A stretch of 64,000 nt of DNA from Guillardia theta CCMP2712 (taxonomy: Eukaryota; Protista; Cryptophyta). The notes under the pieces are model-generated. The model was not told the origin of the DNA. It searched no databases and was given only the letters and a program-made list of their open reading frames with translations. Shown in pieces: positions 1 to 10,632 of this stretch. Position 1 is the stretch's first letter; each line of letters begins with the position of its first letter. The stretch spans positions 52,407 through 116,406 of the forward strand of contig NW_005434605.1 in NCBI RefSeq assembly GCF_000315625.1, in the 5' to 3' direction. The translations under genes and the position numbers were made by a program.

Positions 1-93
1 GACTCCGCCGCTCCTGCAGCAAGGAAGATGTCAAAGAAGGAAAAGACGGCACTGCAGGAGTGCAATGGGCAGAGTCTTCGAGCCTCGCTCTGA
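1..93 (+). CDS. Possible 3' end of an upstream gene (DSAAPAARKMSKKEKTALQECNGQSLRASL*)
   Basis: Frame 1 is open from the window edge to TGA at 91-93 with coding-like composition; no recognisable domain. Confidence 0.3.
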   Translation, partial: DSAAPAARKMSKKEKTALQECNGQSLRASL

Positions 94-1863
94 CAAGATG
101 GTACAATGTTCATCTTACATCCCAAAAGATGATACTGTGTCCTTCTTACGTATCAACCCCCCACCCCCCCCCCGACACACACACATACACACCTCATACC
201 CTGCTCAACAACTTTCCGCTCTTCCGGCTGCTTCAAAGACATCTTCACTTCACCCCTTTCCATTCAGACTTACACCAAAGTTTTTGATCTGCCTCCTCCT
301 CGTCCTCCCTGCCTCCTCCTCGTCCCCCCTGCCTCCTCCTCCCTCTCTCCACCCTCTCTCCTCCCGTCTGCATGGAGCGATTTTTCCTATATCCGTCGCC
401 CCTCATCCCCCTCATCCTCTTTATGTGTTTCCAGGTCCGCCTCAGTTATTCCCGTTGTCCGGGCCCGGGCCCGGAGGGCGGACTCCCGGATGGACTTGTG
501 GCTCTTTTCTGGAGAACATTTCGATATGGAGATGCTCAATATTTCAAATTTCACTGAAATATTTGTAAAATAACCATCACCTCTGGTAACACCACCCTAC
601 CGTCCTCCACGATCCCCTCTGTCATGCACCGCCCGGAACATTTTCTAGCACCGGTCTATATGATATACTACCGGTGTGTTTCATAGTGTTTTCCTGGACA
701 TGGTACGGTACTTATTCTGACATGGGGGTACCCCAGAGACTAAACGCATGACCCCCACCCTCTCTGCAGAGTCCCAACGACAGCTAAACTTTGTTTTAAC
801 CCCTTGCTGACGCCCGGTACATCAATTTTTCTTCCCTTCGTATCTGAAATTTGAAATATTTTTCAAACTATTTGTTAATCTTTGAAATGCTACCCGAACT
901 TACTCTGGTCCGTCATGAAATCGGCATTCCTCAAGGCGTACAAATCGGAGTAGCCCCGGGGAGGCGCAACACTCAATAGAAACAGTTGGCGTGATTAAAA
1001 TTATGATAATATTTGTAACAGATCTTGGTTGTGATATAGTAATATTTTCCAAATAATCTGCCTAGGTAAATACTCATAGGACACACCTTGAGAAAACCAT
1101 AGGTATGAGGATCAACGGAATACGCCAATGTACCATGGAAATCATGCTTACTCTACCCCGGGGGCCGTCCTCTAAGAAGGCAGGTGGGTGGTACAAAGGA
1201 GGGGTAACACAGTTTCATGTGAGCTAAATTTGAGAAATATGGCAAAGGGTCGTCAAACAATAGAATGTATTCTTAAGTAAAATAGGCATAGGTAAGATAT
1301 GACACACCTGGCAACGCCAAGTGAGCACATGAAAGGGTAGGGGGTAAAGCTATTACGTAAAACTCAGGGAGGTAGCAGAGATAGGACCCTTCCTACGATT
1401 ATCTTAATAAAACCTTTTATAAAGTCTTTTAAAACATAGTAAGCCGTACTGCTTCACAGACATGCTGATGGCGAGCGGAGCTAATAATCAATTTACACAT
1501 CCTGGTACTATATCGCAGTACACATAGTCATAATAAAATTATTTAATCATATTACAATACTAGTAATAATGAACAGATACAACACTCTGTACCATGGGTA
1601 ATAAAGATGACGCAAAAGGGCGTGATTCCAAACTCAGTCAGAAGAGGACGTAGCAGGAAGAACAGCTAGGGCGATCAGAAGAGAGGCAAAGGAGTGATAA
1701 GCGCCAGTCAAGCTTTCATGAATTCTGATACAAGGAGTTGATAGTTGTCCCATTGAGCTCCAACTTTGAACTTGTTTCTTCTTCTCGTGCGATTCGGCGA
1801 AAGGCGTCTACTGATCATTGGTGAAAGCCGTCCGTCTGATTCGCATTGCTTAGTTGAAAGCGT

Positions 1864-3646
1864 ATGCCAATGGACGCACAGATAGTTGCCAAACAGTCAG
1901 ACTACAACAAAATAGACGCCGAAAACTCTTCGGCGAACTCAAAATCATGGTGGATCAAGTCTGCCATGACGTCATTGATTTCAATGTTGCAAAGCGGTGT
2001 CAAAAAAGATTACAACATAGATGACGACGAGATTGGCAAAGGAAAGTTTGGGATTGTCAAAAGGGCAATTAACAAAAGGACAGGACAGGTTGTTGCAATG
2101 AAGATCATGAGCAAGAGAGATCGAGACACCAAGGAGCTTCGAAACTTCAGGCGAGAAGCTGAGATTATGAAGACGATCGACCATCCCAACTGTGTGCGGA
2201 TGTATGACTTCTACGAGTCCAAGAATCATATTTACATCGCGATGGAACTGGTGAGTGGTGGCCAGTTGCTCGATCGCATCATTCAGAAGGACCATTACTC
2301 TGAGACGGAGGCCGCAAATGTCTTTGTGCAGATGATCGAGGCCATAGATTACCTGCATCAGAAGGGGGTTGTGCATCGAGATCTGAAGCCGGAGAACATC
2401 CTTTACTCCTCCAAGGAAGACAACTCGTCGATCAAGATCTGCGACTTCGGTCTGGGAAGGATCGTGAATCTCTCCGACATCCAGGCAGAGAGGATCAGGT
2501 TGTGGTCACGATGCGGCTCCCCAAACTACGTCGCTCCTGAGGTCCTCCAGCACGATGGGTATGGCATGGAGTGCGACGTGTGGAGCGCTGGAGTCATCCT
2601 CTTCATCTGCCTGTCAGGGATGCCTCCGTTCGATCAGCTGGCTGTTCACGACAAGTTCAAGAGCATCAAGGCTGGACGTTACTCCTTTGACGCGCCGCAA
2701 TGGGCAAGCATCTCCTCGGAGGCCAAGGACCTTATCACGCACATGCTGGATATTGATACCCACAAGCGATTCACTTGCAAGCAGTGCCTTCAGCACCCGT
2801 GGGTCAGGAAGTTCCATGCAGGAACTCTGTCCAACGATGCCATGCCCCAGACGCAGTCTCGTCTCAAGGACTGGAACGCGACTCGCAAGCTCATGGCGGC
2901 TGTTCACACGTGTGCTGCATTGAGACGCATGGCTAGTAACTGTGCGCTCCCAACAGAAGATGAATGCTTGCTGCGTCTGGCTGAGGTGCAAGGCGATCCC
3001 GTGAGAAAGGCCGAGCTGAAGGCATCGTTCGACCTCCTCGACAGAGAAAGCAAGGGCAGGATCTCATTCAAGAACCTGTCAGCGACGTTGAGGAGCATGG
3101 GAGAGAAGAAGGATGACAACACTCTGCGGGAGATGATCCGAAACTTCGACGTGTTCCACACTGGAGACCTGTGCTTTGACGAATACTGCATCATGATGTG
3201 CCACACTAGACCGCGAACGATCTCGGACCCTGGCCCTCCCCCCGATCTTGACAGCAACTCCAGCAATCAGCCGTGCTCTTGTACTTGTGAGGAGATGGAA
3301 AGCCTCTGGGAGGCGGAGGAGGAGATCTACGAGGCATTTCAGGCGATGGACGTGCTGAATGAAGGAGGACTGTCGAGCAAGGTGACCGTGCATGCATGAC
3401 GTTGCTATCTCATCAGGCTGACTTGCTGCTCTACAGTCTCTCAAAGAAGCTCTTGCTCGCTTCGGCTGCGAGGTCACAGATGAGGAGGTCTCGGACATCA
3501 TCACTGCGGGCGATCGGAACCAAGACGGTCTGATCGACTTCGAGGAGTTCAAGGCCCTTGTCTTTCCCAACGAATCGTTCAAGTTCCTGAAGAAGGAGGA
3601 GGACTCTGAGGACAGAGACTTCGACAGGAGAATCTCCTGCCCGTGA
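1864..3646 (+). CDS. Ca2+/calmodulin-dependent protein kinase with C-terminal calmodulin-like domain (CDPK/CCaMK-like), 2 exons
   Basis: GKGKFG, VAMK, HRDLKPEN, DFG and APE motifs. EF-hand loops DRESKGRISFKN, DVFHTGDLCFDE, DVLNEGGLSSKS. GT-AG intron 3382-3436 adds SLKEALARFG...DRNQDGLIDFEEF...RISCP* (stop 3644-3646). Confidence 0.93.
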
Positions 3647-3774
3647 GGTTGTTGATTGTTTTCCTTAGTTAATCGGTTCTCTTCGAGATTCGAGATTGTA
3701 CAACAGAATTTTCAAAGGGATTTTTTCCATTTTCAGTAAACAAAGCATCTCTCCCTATTTTTGTGGGCTACCCT

Positions 3775-4285
3775 TTCTCGCCCTCCTCCTTTCACTCTCT
3801 CCTCCTCTTTCCTACCCTCCCTTCCTCTGCTTCTAGCTCCCAATACCGCACTTCCTCCACCCGTTGGATTCGACCCGTTTGTTTCCGGCCTCCCTCCTCC
3901 CTCCCTCCCCTCCTCCCTCCCTTCCCTCTCCCTCCCTCCCCTCCTCCCTCCCTTCCCCTCTCCCTCCCTTCCCCTCCTCCCCTCCCTCCCCTCCCCTCCC
4001 CTCCCCTCCCCTCATTCAGCACTCCTCCCGTCCCTCCCGTCCCTCCCGTCCCTCCCGTCCCTCCCGTCCCCGCATCGCATCGCCTCCATTGAAATCCTTC
4101 CTCTCCCATTTCCTCTCCCATTTCCTGCCCCCCTTTGAAAATCCGCCCCTTCCTTGTCCCCCTGGTCTCCCTGCCGACAGTTCGCTCCCCCCCTCCCGCC
4201 CCCTTCCCGCTTCCCTTCCCTCCCTCACCTCACCTCTCTCCCTGCCCTCCCCGTCCCCGTCCCCCTCCTTGTCCTCCTCATCTCT
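3775..4285. repeat. Polypyrimidine low-complexity tract including (CCCTCCCGT)n at about 4024-4070
   Basis: Nearly pure C/T on the + strand; it produces the Pro/Ser and Gly/Arg-rich spurious ORFs. Confidence 0.9.
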
Positions 4286-4289
4286 CAGC

Positions 4290-5176
4290 ATGGTGCGGCG
4301 CTCTGCCGCGCTGCTTGCTCTCATCCTCAGCCTCGTTCCTGCATGTCCGGGGGGCGCGTCTGCGGGGCAGGGGCCGCTGCGCTCCTCCGACTGAGAGGAG
4401 GGCTGATAGTGGAGCGGATCGATCCTCCTCTCCGGCTGACGCAGGAGTGGCTGGAGGCGACGACGTTCGATGGCACTCCCGTGCATTGCGCCTTCCACAC
4501 GGACTGGAACGGGACCAGGTTCAGCAAGGAGGAGCTGCTGTGGAAGGCGGTGGAGATCGGGGACGCGGACGCCATAGAGCGGCTGATCAAGGCAGGAGCC
4601 GACATCAACGACATGAACCTGGCGGGTCAGATCCCCCTGCACTCGTGCGCTATGGCGGGGCATGAAGATCTACGATGCCTGGCAATGCTTGTGCTGCATG
4701 GCGCCAACATAACGCACAAAGACAACGGGGGATGGGATGCATTGACGTATGCCCTGGACGCTGCCATGGACGTGGGGCCTCCTATCGCAGTCACGTTTCT
4801 CATGGAAGTGCTGCGGTCCATCGATGTAGACCCGAAGAACAGCAGGGGGTTCGAGGAGCAGCCAGAGCTCATGGCCTTGTTTGAGATCCCTCCGGAGCAG
4901 AAGGAAAGGCTCAACGGTACGATGACGATGCTGCTGAGCAACTTCGAGGATGGCGGGTACGAGGCGGTCCCAAGTCTCCAGGAGGTGAACGAGCTGATAA
5001 GGAAGGGGCTCGGGGTGGAGAAGCAGAAGCAGGAGATCACGTTTGAGACAAGGAGGAATCCGAGGAGGAAGAAGTTTAAGAACGTGAGCGAGAAGTGGAG
5101 GGCGTACAAAGAGAAGAAGAAGAAGAAGAAGCAGTTGCTAGCGGAGGGCCAGATCAACAAGAGCCCGTCGGGCTAG
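4290..5176 (+). CDS. Signal-peptide + LRLRGG + ankyrin-repeat protein with Lys/Arg-rich tail (1-nt frameshift in G run 4349-4354)
   Basis: Ankyrin repeats LWKAVEIGDADAIERLIKAGADIN, GQIPLHSCAMAGH, GWDALTYAL. ATG 4290 gives hydrophobic leader MVRRSAALLALILSLVPACPGG, which joins the ankyrin frame if one G is added. Confidence 0.8.
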
Positions 5177-5202
5177 GTACGTGGGTTGAGGAGGGGGATG
5201 GG

Positions 5203-5203
<1 letters not shown>

Positions 5204-5238
<35 letters not shown>
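5204..5238. repeat. (CAG)n microsatellite between convergent stops
   Basis: About 11 perfect copies. Confidence 0.95.
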
Positions 5239-5240
<2 letters not shown>

Positions 5241-5288
5241 CGAGGAGGACATAAGATCGTTTTTGTCTACATTGCTCTTCAACAAACC

Positions 5289-7467
5289 TCAAATTACAAA
5301 ATCAGCTATTGACTTGTCTTCCTCTTGCACAACAACTTTGGATGCCAGCATCTCCTCCTCTGAGCAGATCCAATACGTCTCCATCGGTCCCTTGCCCTTC
5401 ACTCGAATGATCCCTCGTTCCAGCACACACACTCGCTGCTCGAACGACTGCTTCTGCTCCTGGATGAGATGGGCGGTTTTCTGCGCAGGCTTGTCAGGAA
5501 GAACAAGTACAGGAGGAGGACGAGGAGGAAGGCCCAAGTAAGAGGAAAGGATCATTGTGTTTTTTGTAGAAGAATGAGCACTGTGTGTACGTTATCATCT
5601 TCTGCATCTGCAACTCTATTTCTTTCATCATCATCTCCATCTCATTCATCATCATATCTATAACCATCCTCATCCTCATCCTCATCCTCATCCTGATCAT
5701 CATCCTGATCATCGTCATCACCATCATCATCAATATTATCATCGTCTCTATCGTCATCACGTTCTCATCTTTTCCTACCTCACTGCACAAGATCTTCTGC
5801 GGAAGAGAGTTTGACTCCATTCTCGAGGCAATATTCACTGTATCACCTGCCAAATAGCATCAGTCAGTGGACTCTCCTCCTCCTCCTCCTCCTCCTCCTC
5901 CTCCTCCTCCTGACTCCCCTCCCCTCTGAAGGAGCTGTGTGCGTTCTGGAGCACCTAAGTCGATTTCGAGGCGGGAAACACGATCATGAGCATGAGAAGC
6001 AGCTCTTTGCATCATGGTCAGAATTCAAGAGATCTCAGAGCAAGAAGAGCCGAAATGGTCCNNNNNNNNNNNNNNNNNNNNNNNNNNNNNNNNNNNNNNN
6101 NNNNNNNNNNNNNNNNNNNNNNNNNNNNNNNNNNNNNNNNNNNNNNNNNNNNNNNNNNNNNNNNNNNNNNNNNCCCCCCCCCCCCTCCCACCGAACAACG
6201 TGTACTTGGGCCTTGAAGTTCCTATGACGTTGGCCACCACAGGGCCCGAGTTGATTCCGATCCTCAGCTTCACGCACCCCAGCTCCTTCTGCTCCTCGTC
6301 GACCATCGTCTCAGCTGCCACCTGGACCGCCTTCATGGCGAAGAAGGCGAGACGCGCAGCATGGTCCTCCTGCTCTTCCACCAGGTTGGTAACGCACATG
6401 TAGGCGTCTCCGATGGTCTCGATCTTAAAGATGTCGAGCTCGCCAGCAATGCGATCCAGAGCCGTGTACAGCCGGTCGAGCATGTCAGAGACTTTCTCCA
6501 CGTCGATCTTCGAGCAGATGTCGGTGAAGCCGACGATGTCGGAGAAGTAAATGGAGACCATCTCCTTCTTCTCCGGCTCCACCTTCTTCCCGTCCCTCAG
6601 AGCATGCGCAATGTGCTCGGGGAAAACGTCGTAGATCAGGTCTGACGCTTTCCTCTCGTTCTCCTCCTCCGTCCCGTCACCCCCGTCCACCCTGCTTCCC
6701 GTCTTCCTCCTCCTCCACCTCTCATACGCCAGCTTCGTCTGGCAGGACGAGGATGCTGCTGCCGTGTCCACCGCCCGCAGCCTTCGGGCTATCTCAGCAA
6801 GGAGGGCGAAGCTCTGCCTCCTTGTTCCAGCAATCTCTGATCAGCCCCTTGATGTCAGCAGGACACCTCTCGTCGATAGCAGGACGTTTCTCCTCCTCCC
6901 TCCCAAGGTCCATCACCTCCAGCACTACCACCCTCATGTCCTCTCCCTGGTAGGGGTCCTGCCTGCTGAAGACCTCGTTCAAGATGACACCGAACGAGTA
7001 CACGTCCGACTCCGGCGTGTTGTTGCCTCCTCGCAAGAGCTCCGGCGCCATCCATGCTATCGTTCCCGTCCCCTTTACCATCTTGTCCCTCTGGTGAACG
7101 CTCTTCACGCGGGATAGGCCGAAGTCAGCTACCTGCAGACAGCAATGAGACGATCAGCGGACGAAAGGGAAGTATGGAGACCACTGAGAAGCGGTGAGGA
7201 GAAGTGGAGAACGGGGGTAAGAGAGGGAGGCGACAAGGAGGAGGAGGAGGAGGAGGAGGAGGAGGAGGAGCAGCAGCAGCAGCAGCAGCAGCAGGAGAGA
7301 CGAAGAAGAGCATGCAGTGAGTGCAAGAAGTTAACTTCTCTGCCTCCCTAGAGCTCTCTTCTTCCTGACTCGATCCCTTTCTCTAAACCAATCTCTCTAC
7401 TTCTCTTGTCTCATGCCCTCTTCACCTTCATTTCACCTCGACCCTTCTCGTCCCTTTCGCTCGTTCC

Positions 7468-7515
<48 letters not shown>

Positions 7516-8520
7516 CCCCCTCTTCCGCTTCCTCCTTCCCCTCTCCTCACCTTGGCTCTGAACTTGGAGTCGACCAGCACGTTGTGACTCTTCAAGTCGC
7601 CATGGATGACCTGCGGCTTGGACGAGTGGAGGAAGCGAATCCCCTGGACGACATCAAGGAGGATGCAGACAAACATCTCAGCCTCCAGCTCGATCGTCTG
7701 GTTGTGGATAAGGGAGTGCAGCGAGCCGAGGTCCATGTACTCGAGGACGATGAGCGGGTCCATCTTCGACTCTATGACAGCTCCCATGATGGTTATGACG
7801 CAAGGATGTCGCAGCCTGGAGAGGATGCGCATCTCCTTGATCAGATTCTTCCTGATCTCCTTCCTTAACGAAGAGAACTGGCTCGATCCCCTCGTGTTCG
7901 ACAGCGACCCGTTGCCGTCCTGCTTCCCGTCCAACATCTCTATCGACCCCGACCGCATCACCGAGTCCTCATGCATGAACAGCGGCAGCGACATGCTCAA
8001 CCTCCTCAGGCGCGTCATGTCCAGGAGCTTCGAAGACCCGCTCGCTCCTACTCCCGTCATCTTCCTTGCCAGCACTCTCTTCACCGCGACCGGCGTCCCC
8101 CGGAACTCAGCCTTGATCACCTCCCCAAACGTCCCCTGGCCCAGAATCTCCTCCGGCTCCTCTAGCTGCAACTCAGACGCCGAGACAAGCCACACGGAGT
8201 CCGCTTCCCTGGTCTTGTACAGCATGTACCAGTACCCGGCTGCCGCGCTGATGAGTATGACGGGGATGAAGATGAGGAGGAGGAGGAGGATCTTGTCAAA
8301 ATGCTGCTTGCACACGTTGACCGGGTTCATCCCTCCCTTGGGCCACACCAGCAGGGAAGGAGAATCGCCACCGATCGCGTAGGGGGTGAACAAGGTCAGA
8401 CTTCCACTGATTATCTTTCCTACTTTCTTCAGGCCGCTCCCTTGCATGTTGATCACATCAAACCTGCGTTGCAAAAAGTGAACACAAAGAAGAAATGGAG
8501 ATCTGTCAAAGGAAAGGTGG

Positions 8521-8573
<53 letters not shown>

Positions 8574-9792
8574 AACATCAAAGCTCTTGCTATCAGACTC
8601 ACGCATGCTTCAACTTCCAACCTCACCTGCCGTTCTTGATCTCCAAGTTCTCATCCAGCTGGATTCTCCCCGATGCTCCCATGTAGTCGACGGTCCGAAG
8701 GGAGCGGATGAGGTCGGAGACGTTTCTCATGTCCCCTCCCCTGCTCAGAAGCTCGTCGAACGCCAGCGCATACGTGAACATCACATCGTGCGACAAGGAG
8801 AGATAAGGATCGAACTGCAGCATATCGTAGCCAGGATACTTGGCAGGGTCAAGCCCCTTCCAGTAGTCGCTCAGCTGTATGTAAGCCTCGCTCGTGCTGT
8901 TGATCTCGATGTTGAGCCCCAGGTAACCTGCTGGGAGGTTCTTGAACGCAGACGTCACGGCATCGCATCCGATCCACACGAAGTCGTCGTAGACCCCAGC
9001 GCTCTTGGCAATGGTGAAGAGCGTCTGCGCCTGGTCGGCCTGGAGCAGCAGCAGCAGCACGCGGGGAGCCGAGCAGTTGTCATGCACCTCCAGGAGCACG
9101 TCTTGAGTGGACTGGTCATCGCCGAAGTCCCAGTGTTTGGGCGTCGTCTCCACGAGGATCTCCCTGTACTTCTCCTGCTCCATGACAGAAAGGAACTGAG
9201 CTTGCAAGCCTTGGCAGAAGCTTCCGTCGCAGGCGACCACCTGCACGTGCTGCCAGCCAAAGTACTGAATGAGCTCCGCTAGTGCCACGGCCTGAACGGA
9301 GTCGGAGAAGCAGATCCTGCCGATGTCAGGGAAGGCATGCTTGTTCGACAGCTGAGGACTCGATGCAGAGTAACTCAGCGCAAACATGTTGCGCGACTGC
9401 AGGATGGGCTGGATGAGCACGCAGTCGCTGCTCCAAGAGGGGCCAACGAAGGCAACGACAGCGTTGGTGGTGTTGCATTCACTAAGCAAGTCTTGTATGA
9501 TCATGGCGTATACATCTTCCATCAGTCTCTGCATGTCAACAACAGTGCTGGTATTCTGCATCGTCCTCAGAGCTGTCACATCGGCATAAGACACTTCAAG
9601 CCGAGTTCCTGCAAGAAGCTTTGGGTCTTTGTTGATCAATTCGAGGGAAACTTTGGAAGCGATGTACTCAGGATGTTCCACAGTGCTGCTGATTGCATAC
9701 AGACCGCCCAAACGAATGTTAGATGGTATTTGATATGCTGACACCATCAACCGCAAGAACAGAAGCATGCAAGATACTCGTAACCGTATCAT
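5289..9792 (-). CDS. Receptor-type guanylyl cyclase: signal peptide, ANF-receptor/periplasmic-binding ectodomain, TM helix, TKL-type kinase domain, class III cyclase
   Basis: Exons 9792-8627, 8463-7551, 7132-6192 (frameshift near 6800), 5846-5779, 5480-5289, all GT-AG. Motifs: AFVGPSWSS, LSYSASSPQLSNKHAFP, TM ILLLLLIFIPVILISAAAGYWYML, GQGTFG, HGDLKSHN, DFG, APE, YFSDIVGFT, KIETIGDAYM, YTLFGDTVNIASRMES, VKGKGPMETYW. Confidence 0.9.
5594..5910. repeat. Intronic (ATC)/(CTCATC)n and (CTC)n simple repeats flanking a 68-nt cyclase exon
   Basis: Degenerate ATC array about 5594-5765 and (CTC)n 5874-5910. Confidence 0.9.
6062..6173. other. Assembly gap (112 N) inside an intron of the cyclase gene
   Basis: Run of N. 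The flanking exons join in frame (LFG|DTVN), so no coding sequence needs to be missing. Confidence 0.97.
7236..7515. repeat. Intronic (GAG)n(CAG)n and (CTCGTC)n microsatellites
   Basis: 7236-7293 and about 7470-7515, within intron 7133-7550. Confidence 0.9.
8519..8572. repeat. Intronic (GGCA)n tetranucleotide repeat
   Basis: About 13 copies inside intron 8464-8626. Confidence 0.95.
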
Positions 9793-10632
9793 CTTGACAA
9801 TGACGAAGATGAGAGTCGCTCAGAAGCAAGTCACTTGCTTCGACAAGAGCTTCTTGCCTGACATGCACTTCCTTCGAGACCCACTCCTACCTTTCACTCC
9901 TCTTCCTCCTATTCTTCCTGCTACTCGTCTCGCCTCAGCTGCCCCGCTCTCATCGTATCATCGCCATCGCCACATCTACGACTGTCCCATGATAAACCCT
10001 ACCCCGAAATCATGCGTTTCCCTTTTTTCAAAAAACTATTATTAAAGGGTCTTTAAAATGAATATAGAACACCAATAATGGTTGTACACAGATATAATTA
10101 TTTTAAACATTTGACTGCTACATTGTAAAGGGCAATGACAGTTAAACCACCGTGACCCCAGGTGCATCTACCACCCCTACCCCCTGCATCCCATTAGCGA
10201 CGGCCGACACCATAACTTCGGACTTGAGGGCGGGGCCAGGGGTACAAGATTCCTCACACGTCCCCGCAGAAACCCCACGAGTGCTTGAGACCTCTGCTGC
10301 TCACAGACCCCACCCCCCACCCCCTACCCTGGTAGATGCCAAGGTTGCCTCTTGGACCCTGTCTTGGACCCCTGTCTCCTAAAGAGGTCATGCGGGTCGG
10401 CCTATCCGACTGGACCCCCCGCTAGCGAAAAAGTTCAGGAACACGATGAATCTCCATCTCTTGCAGTTTTTTAGTACCTGAGGACCTTGCTTGACATGGT
10501 TCCCTTCTCTTCCCTCCCCCGCCGCCCTCCTGCCCCCGTACTTCCAGCTCTCTCCCCACAGTGAACTTTGCCATCTCCTTCCTTGCATACCAGCACTCTT
10601 CGTTCAAGGACTCTTCACTCTTGCTCAGAGGT

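Noticed and set aside
570-1700. AT-rich tract as organellar insert or transposon relic
   Set aside because: No ORF, LTR, TIR or recognisable organellar gene fragment seen.
3761-4394. Pro/Ser-rich and Gly/Arg-rich ORFs on both strands
   Set aside because: Artefacts of a stop-free polypyrimidine tract. The same applies to ORFs over the repeats at 5.5-5.9, 7.1-7.5, 18.4-18.8, 25.4-25.9, 28.3-28.6 and 35.9-36.3 kb.
6794-6796. TGA as selenocysteine or readthrough codon
   Set aside because: The downstream cyclase is in a different frame, so readthrough would not connect the domains.
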